The notes under the pieces: generated by a model
What the model was told of the DNA's origin: nothing
Seen by the model: the letters and a program-made list of their open reading frames with translations, nothing else
Database searches by the model: none
Program-made: the position numbers and the translations under genes
Assembly: GCA_030390025.1 (NCBI GenBank)
Contig: CM059431.1
Coordinates: forward strand, 118,794,001-118,858,000
DNA length: 64,000 nt
Reading direction: 5' to 3'
Source: Squalus acanthias
Taxonomy: Eukaryota
Shown here: in pieces, positions 63,551-64,000 of the stretch
Layout of the letters: every line of letters begins with the position of its first letter
Position numbering within the stretch: the first letter of the stretch is position 1

Positions 63551-64000
63551 CCTAAATGAAAGTCTAGGAAGATAAATTTCAGTACAAAGCATTTTTTCTT
63601 TATATAGATATAAAAAAAATCAGGAACCATTTTGTGGAAAGGATTGTCACTTTTTGGCAAATCTGAAAAAAGACCAAGGCAGGGAATTTGGTGAGTGACA
63701 GGAAAGGAGTTTGAGGAAAATCCAATTCATGTCAACAAATTAGCTGCTTGAAACCCAAAAATGATATCAACCTTAGGAACGATTAAGGTGTATCTCAGAC
63801 CCAAACCCCATTAGGATTGGAAATTAGAATCCTGGACCCAAGCGTCCATTAGTAACTACAAAATCTTGACATTGCAATACCCACAATTATTGTAGGAAAT
63901 ATTGTCTATGATTGAACAGATGGGGGTAAATTTTCATCTTCATTATAAGGGCTGTAAACTAGTGGAACGGATCAAAACCCATTATAGAACCCACCCTTTG

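Overview
Eukaryotic, repeat-dominated non-coding DNA. The repeat spectrum suggests a cartilaginous fish such as a shark; this is an inference from CR1 and L2 LINEs, Deu-domain tRNA-SINEs, Penelope-like termini and PIF/Harbinger elements. No intact host protein-coding gene is recognisable, and almost every long ORF derives from a transposable element. Main contents: (1) three decayed two-gene PIF/Harbinger transposons, each a HARBI1-like DDE transposase plus a convergent, intron-containing Myb/SANT gene, and many Harbinger-type MITEs with 3-bp TSDs; (2) CR1 fragments, one retaining esterase ORF1, APE and RT; (3) L2 and CR1-group (Crack/Daphne-like) LINE fragments; (4) four DeuSINE-like copies; (5) a 1.29-kb solo LTR with a 4-bp TSD that splits a Myb exon; (6) Penelope-like termini, one carrying an intact minimal type I hammerhead ribozyme. 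Most notable: the hammerhead, Lys at the catalytic Glu position in all three Harbinger transposase copies that retain this region, a Y-NNN-R target rule for the MITEs, and several nested insertions. A few isolated exon-like segments may belong to a long-intron host transcript but cannot be assigned. Boundaries were read by eye and are approximate unless a TSD or TIR is quoted.
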